37,848 bases of DNA, taken from contig NW_021835839.1 in NCBI RefSeq assembly GCF_006345805.1, positions 1-37,848 of the forward strand. Reading direction: 5' to 3'. Shown here in pieces: positions 33,377 through 37,848 of the stretch (its first letter is position 1; each line of letters starts with the position of its first letter). The stretch comes from Octopus sinensis (Eukaryota). The notes beneath the pieces were generated by a model. The model had not been told where the DNA came from. It saw only the letters and a list, made by a program, of their open reading frames with translations, and made no database searches. Position numbers and translations under genes: made by a program.

Positions 33377-33570
33377 GAGCTGGCTGAATCGTTAGCACGC
33401 TGGACAAAATGCAGAATGTTATTTTTCCTGAGTTCAAATTCCATCAATGTCGACTTTGCTTTTTATCATTTTGGGATTGACAAAACAAATACCAGTTGGG
33501 CACTGGCATCGATGTAATCAGCTGGACCTTCCTACAAAATTTCAGGCCTTTTTGCTTCTAGTAAAAAAAT
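33377..33570 (+). mobile_element. SINE family B, diverged
   Basis: gagctggctgaatcgttagcacgctggac...ctgagttcaaattcc...gtcgactttgc. Confidence 0.7.
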
Positions 33571-33590
33571 ACGTCTATCAATTCTAAGGC

Positions 33591-33740
<150 letters not shown>

Positions 33741-34201
33741 ACGTCTTATGGATGAAATGGAAGGGCTCAGTACACAAGTTAAAAGGGGATATGTTTCTTT
33801 TTGTTATCAAAACTGAAGCTGAAAGTTGTCTCACGACTACTTTCCCGATACTGCAGTCCTCAGTGTAGGGGTTTGAAACTCAAGTCAAACCCTCAGCTTC
33901 AATTTCGATTATATGTGTGCGTGCGTGCGTGTGAATGTATATGCGAGTGTGTGTGTGTATGTATATGTATTTGGATGGCTTTACATTCTAAGTGCAAATC
34001 AACTAAAGGCGAATTTACCCTTCGTTCTTTTGCGGCTTATATACGGTTACTTTTTCTCCCGTTATACTTATGTATTTGTGCCTCAAAAAGAAATCATTAC
34101 GTGTATAACATACTTTATGCTCTAATTTCAAATCTGACCAAGAGCATTTTTGTCTTTTGTCCTAATTGAAGCAATAAATGCAGTGCCAATAAAACATGGA
34201 G

Positions 34202-34506
34202 TTTGTTTGTTCCTTCTCGAGCCACGCCTGGCTCATAAGGGCCGGTTTCCTGGTTTCTTGGCGTATAGGTTCCCCACCTGGACGGGACCCCAGTCCGTCG
34301 CAGGTGAGCTGCGAGATGCAGGAGGAAAGAGTGAGAGAAAGTTGGGGCGAAAGAGTCAGCAGAAGTTCGCCATTACCTTCTGCCGGAGCCGCGTGGAGCT
34401 TAGGTGTTTCGCTCATAAACACACACATCCTCCGGTCTGAGATTCGAACCCGCAATCCCTCGACCACGAGTCCGCTGCTCTAACCACAAGGCCATGTGCC
34501 TCCACT
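34202..34506 (-). mobile_element. SINE family D, full length with TSD
   Basis: Closely matches 12654-12958; 15-bp TSD caat(a/g)aaacatggag at 34187-34201 and 34507-34521. Confidence 0.9.
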
Positions 34507-34655
34507 CAATGAAACATGGAGAACATTATATAATCGACTATAACCACCCCAACACTGCTTGGGTTTCTTTCACAAATCAGTATTGGATAACAGTTTAATA
34601 TCTGAGATAATTATAAGTCAGTGGCAGAAATCGCATACTGCGGTAAAGGTTTGAC

Positions 34656-34657
<2 letters not shown>

Positions 34658-34703
<46 letters not shown>

Positions 34704-34825
34704 TAATAATAATAATGATAATAATACTACTAATAATAATAATGATAATAATAATAATAATAATAATGATAATAATAAAAAAATAATAATAATGATAATA
34801 ATAATCATAATAATAATAATAATAA
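34658..34825. repeat. (AAT)n microsatellite
   Basis: Direct inspection. Confidence 0.95.
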
Positions 34826-35431
34826 AACAGAGGCATTTTCAGTAAATGCAGTATTTGAAGACAAATATTTGGAGGTTAGTTATAAAAATTTTTATCGAAC
34901 AAATTCTACAGATAAACTGGTTCTCCATTGAAAAGTTTCTATGAAGAATTTTTATGAAGAAATAAATAGAAAATTCTTGTAAAGGCAGCTGCAATAAACA
35001 TATAATGGCACAAGTATATAAATGTATACATACATACATACATACATACATACATACATACATACATACATACATGCATACATACATACATACATACATA
35101 CATACATACATACACATAATACATGCATACATTCATACATGTTCATACATGCATATATACATGTATACATAGTAACATATATACACAGAAGTCTATACAT
35201 ATATACATACATGCATATATATATATATATATATATTGATATATATATAATATATATTAAAGACATATGTTATGTATAATCGTATATATACTTTTGGTTT
35301 TAATAAATGGAGATATGCAACTCATTTGCATTTTATATTGGTTAACGAGCTATAGTGATTAAAGGGCTAAGTGTTTCGAATTATCGAGTGAATATATATA
35401 TATATATATATATATAGTAGTAGTAGTAGCA

Positions 35432-35957
35432 GAAAAGAGGAGTTTCTATTATCCCTACGTGGTGAGTTGTAATGTATATAAGAAATTAAAAAACGAAAAT
35501 ACGCACACTCATATAGTTTTAATATAATTTTTAATATATCGACCGGTTTCGCTATCGCTATTCATGATATTATGTTTTACTTATTTGAATATATATTTTT
35601 TCTGAAGAAGAAATTTTGTCCATGTTGTGTGTGATGAAATTCACGAGTGAATGACTTCACAAGTAGATAAATAAAGGGAGGTAACTGGTTGTCGTTATTA
35701 TTGTTATTGTTGTGGGTAAGGGAGATAACTGTTCAGCTTTCGGTAATGGGAGGGGAATATATATGTGCACAGACAGCGACTAGTTTGAAAAACCTTGTTT
35801 CGTGAGGGGATTTATGTACAGTGATGTAATCGTGAATTGAAATGTGTAAAAAGATAAAAGTTGGTTATGCGTGCATATTAAGACGTGTTTTGTATTTTTC
35901 AATGAAAAAAGTTTCTTTATTTAAACGTTCTAGTTGAGAGATTGCGTCTTTGCACTG
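35432..35957 (-). mobile_element. 5'-truncated Penelope-like element: GIY-YIG C-terminal end, 3' UTR and hammerhead relic
   Basis: 35957-35865 translates QCKDAISQLERLNKETFFIEKYKTRLNMHA* (R..KE..FI......LN terminus of PLE GIY-YIG domains); gc-gata-gc-gaaa-ccgg-tc with atatc/gatat stem at 35536-35570; ends at (TAG)n/(TA)n. Confidence 0.6.
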
Positions 35958-36011
35958 GTAGAAAGGGAAGACTGGGAAATTTGGTTTGATGTTATCTGCA
36001 CAAAATGAATG

Positions 36012-36127
36012 CAGAGCAAGTGAGATGAAGTGTTTTGCTCAAGAACACACTACCTGATCTAGGAATTGAAACCACGATCTCGCTATGGTGTGTGTAACGC
36101 CCTAATCACTAGGCCATGCGTCTTCAT
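36012..36127 (-). mobile_element. SINE family C-like head with CORE-like segment
   Basis: Minus strand gcatggcctagtgattaggg head and ggtttcaattcc B box; plus-strand gatgaagtgttttgctcaagaacac. Confidence 0.6.
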
Positions 36128-36265
36128 ATCCACAAACACGCACGCGCTCACATATACATACATATACAGAACCTCCCGCGTTACGGCTAACTCGGGTTAC
36201 AGATTTCGCCCTTACAGAACTTGTGAAGTGTGACCATTAATTTCGGGATACCGCTAGTAATTTCG

Positions 36266-36390
36266 CCGATAGAATAAGCCCCAGGCTTACAAAAATACAA
36301 GTACTGGAGTCGATTCGTTCAACTAAAAACTTCTTCAAATCGGTGCCCCAGCATGGCCACATCTAATATCTGAAACAATTAAAAGAATAA
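36266..36390 (+). mobile_element. SINE family A 3' end
   Basis: ccgatagaataag...tcggtgccccagcatggccac...aaaagaataa. Confidence 0.7.
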
Positions 36391-36564
36391 CTGAAATTAA
36401 AAGTACATTTTCCGCTTAGCTCGATGGCCACTTGCTTTTTGGTGAAGATCAAAGTATAAAGTTATCGATTTGAAAAACTATCTTCACGTTACGCCCATGT
36501 ATACACACACATGCACACATGTATATATATAATGTACATAACGTGGGTATACATATAGGAATTC

Positions 36565-36595
<31 letters not shown>

Positions 36596-36839
36596 TGTAT
36601 GTATGTATGTATGTATGTATGTATGTATGTACGCATGTATGTATGTATTTATGTATGTATGTATGTATGCATGTATGTATGAGTGTGTATGTATGTATGT
36701 GTGTATGTATGTGTGTGTGTGTATGTATATATGTACGTATGTATATATGTACGTATGTACGTATGTATGTACGTACGTATGTATGTATGTATGTATTCTG
36801 GTATGTATGTATGTGTGTATGTATGTATGTATGTATGTA

Positions 36840-36872
<33 letters not shown>

Positions 36873-36985
36873 ATGCATGCATGTATGTATGTACGTACGT
36901 ACGTACTTATGTATGTATATATGTATGTGTGTATGTGTGTATGTATGTATGTGTGTATGTATGTATGCATGTATTTATGTATGTA
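36565..36985. repeat. Long (GTAT)n microsatellite
   Basis: Direct inspection. Confidence 0.95.
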
Positions 36986-37289
36986 AGAGTGCAAGGGTGT
37001 TTCAATTATCAGAACTAACACAACAAAGTCGAGCAAATCCATTTCAAGGGAAAACACAGAATGTGGTATCCTGGTGTATTTCAAAAGTTGAATGGGAATG
37101 CCTTTGATCTGAGGCCTATGGAGACTGACTCGAGACTAAACAGCCACAACAATAGGACTGGCAAGAACAATACAATCACCACAACAACAATACCTACCAT
37201 CATTAGCATCTAATTCAATGCAACCAGCAGCAAACACCCTAACTCTTAAATCGAACTGACTACAGCATATATCAGAATGTACGCCTCTA

Positions 37290-37304
37290 GATGTGTGTGT
37301 GTGT

Positions 37305-37355
<51 letters not shown>
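37290..37355. repeat. (GT)n microsatellite
   Basis: Direct inspection. Confidence 0.95.
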
Positions 37356-37356
<1 letters not shown>

Positions 37357-37848
37357 CGTGTCTTAAATCAGAAGTACAAGGGATGAACTGCTTATAAAAT
37401 CTGGGGAACCTTCAGCTAACTGTAAATATACAGCACTTGCTCCTCGTTTTTACTTCGAAAGGACCTTTCTTGGGCCAGTTAATTTTTACAACAGATTTGG
37501 TGTGGTTAATTAATCGCCACTGCTGTGGGTTTTTTACCGTCAATTAATTTTGTCTGGAACGAGGCTATCAAGTAGAACTGAAGGTAGTAGTGCGAAAAGG
37601 AACCGTAGTTATATTGCCAAAACGTCGAATCTAGCAACGACTACAGTGGGAACAATACGTAACAACAAAGAAAAGAAATTATGTCAAGTGCTCAATAAGC
37701 TACTCCGTTAACTGCCCGGACCTTGTTTTTCCGTAGATTTAATGTAATGCTTAAAACTCTTTCGTGTAATGCGCCGTAATGCGCCGATAATCACAATGAT
37801 AATTAAGGAAAAAGCCAGAAGTTTATACGATTAAAAAAAACAAAACAA

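Overview
AT-rich, microsatellite-dense animal genomic DNA whose SINE families and repeat content resemble coleoid cephalopod (Octopus-like) intronic or intergenic sequence; the species is inferred, not proven. Almost all ORFs in the supplied track are translations of microsatellites or SINEs. Real coding content is mobile: (1) a ~3.9 kb L1/Tx1-clade LINE (complete ORF2 with APE endonuclease, RT and C-terminal CCHC; about 14 small indels; no ORF1) embedded in a (TATC)n array; (2) an internally deleted mariner; (3) short RTE, R4/Dong-like and Penelope-like relics; (4) about 20 tRNA-derived SINE copies from four families. The most notable structures are a cluster of Penelope-type type I hammerhead ribozyme cassettes in (TA)n tracts at 11.3-12.0 kb, two of which share a non-canonical CCGANGA core and an identical CUC-A-GAG stem III, and an apparent partitioning of microsatellite classes among retroelement clades: Tx1 in (TATC)n, R4/Dong-like in (ATAC)n, Penelope-like in (TA)n. 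Two weakly supported plus-strand host-gene exon candidates (5483-5546, ankyrin-like; 14490-14522/14549) and several long hairpins are also present. SINE family labels A-D are my own working names.
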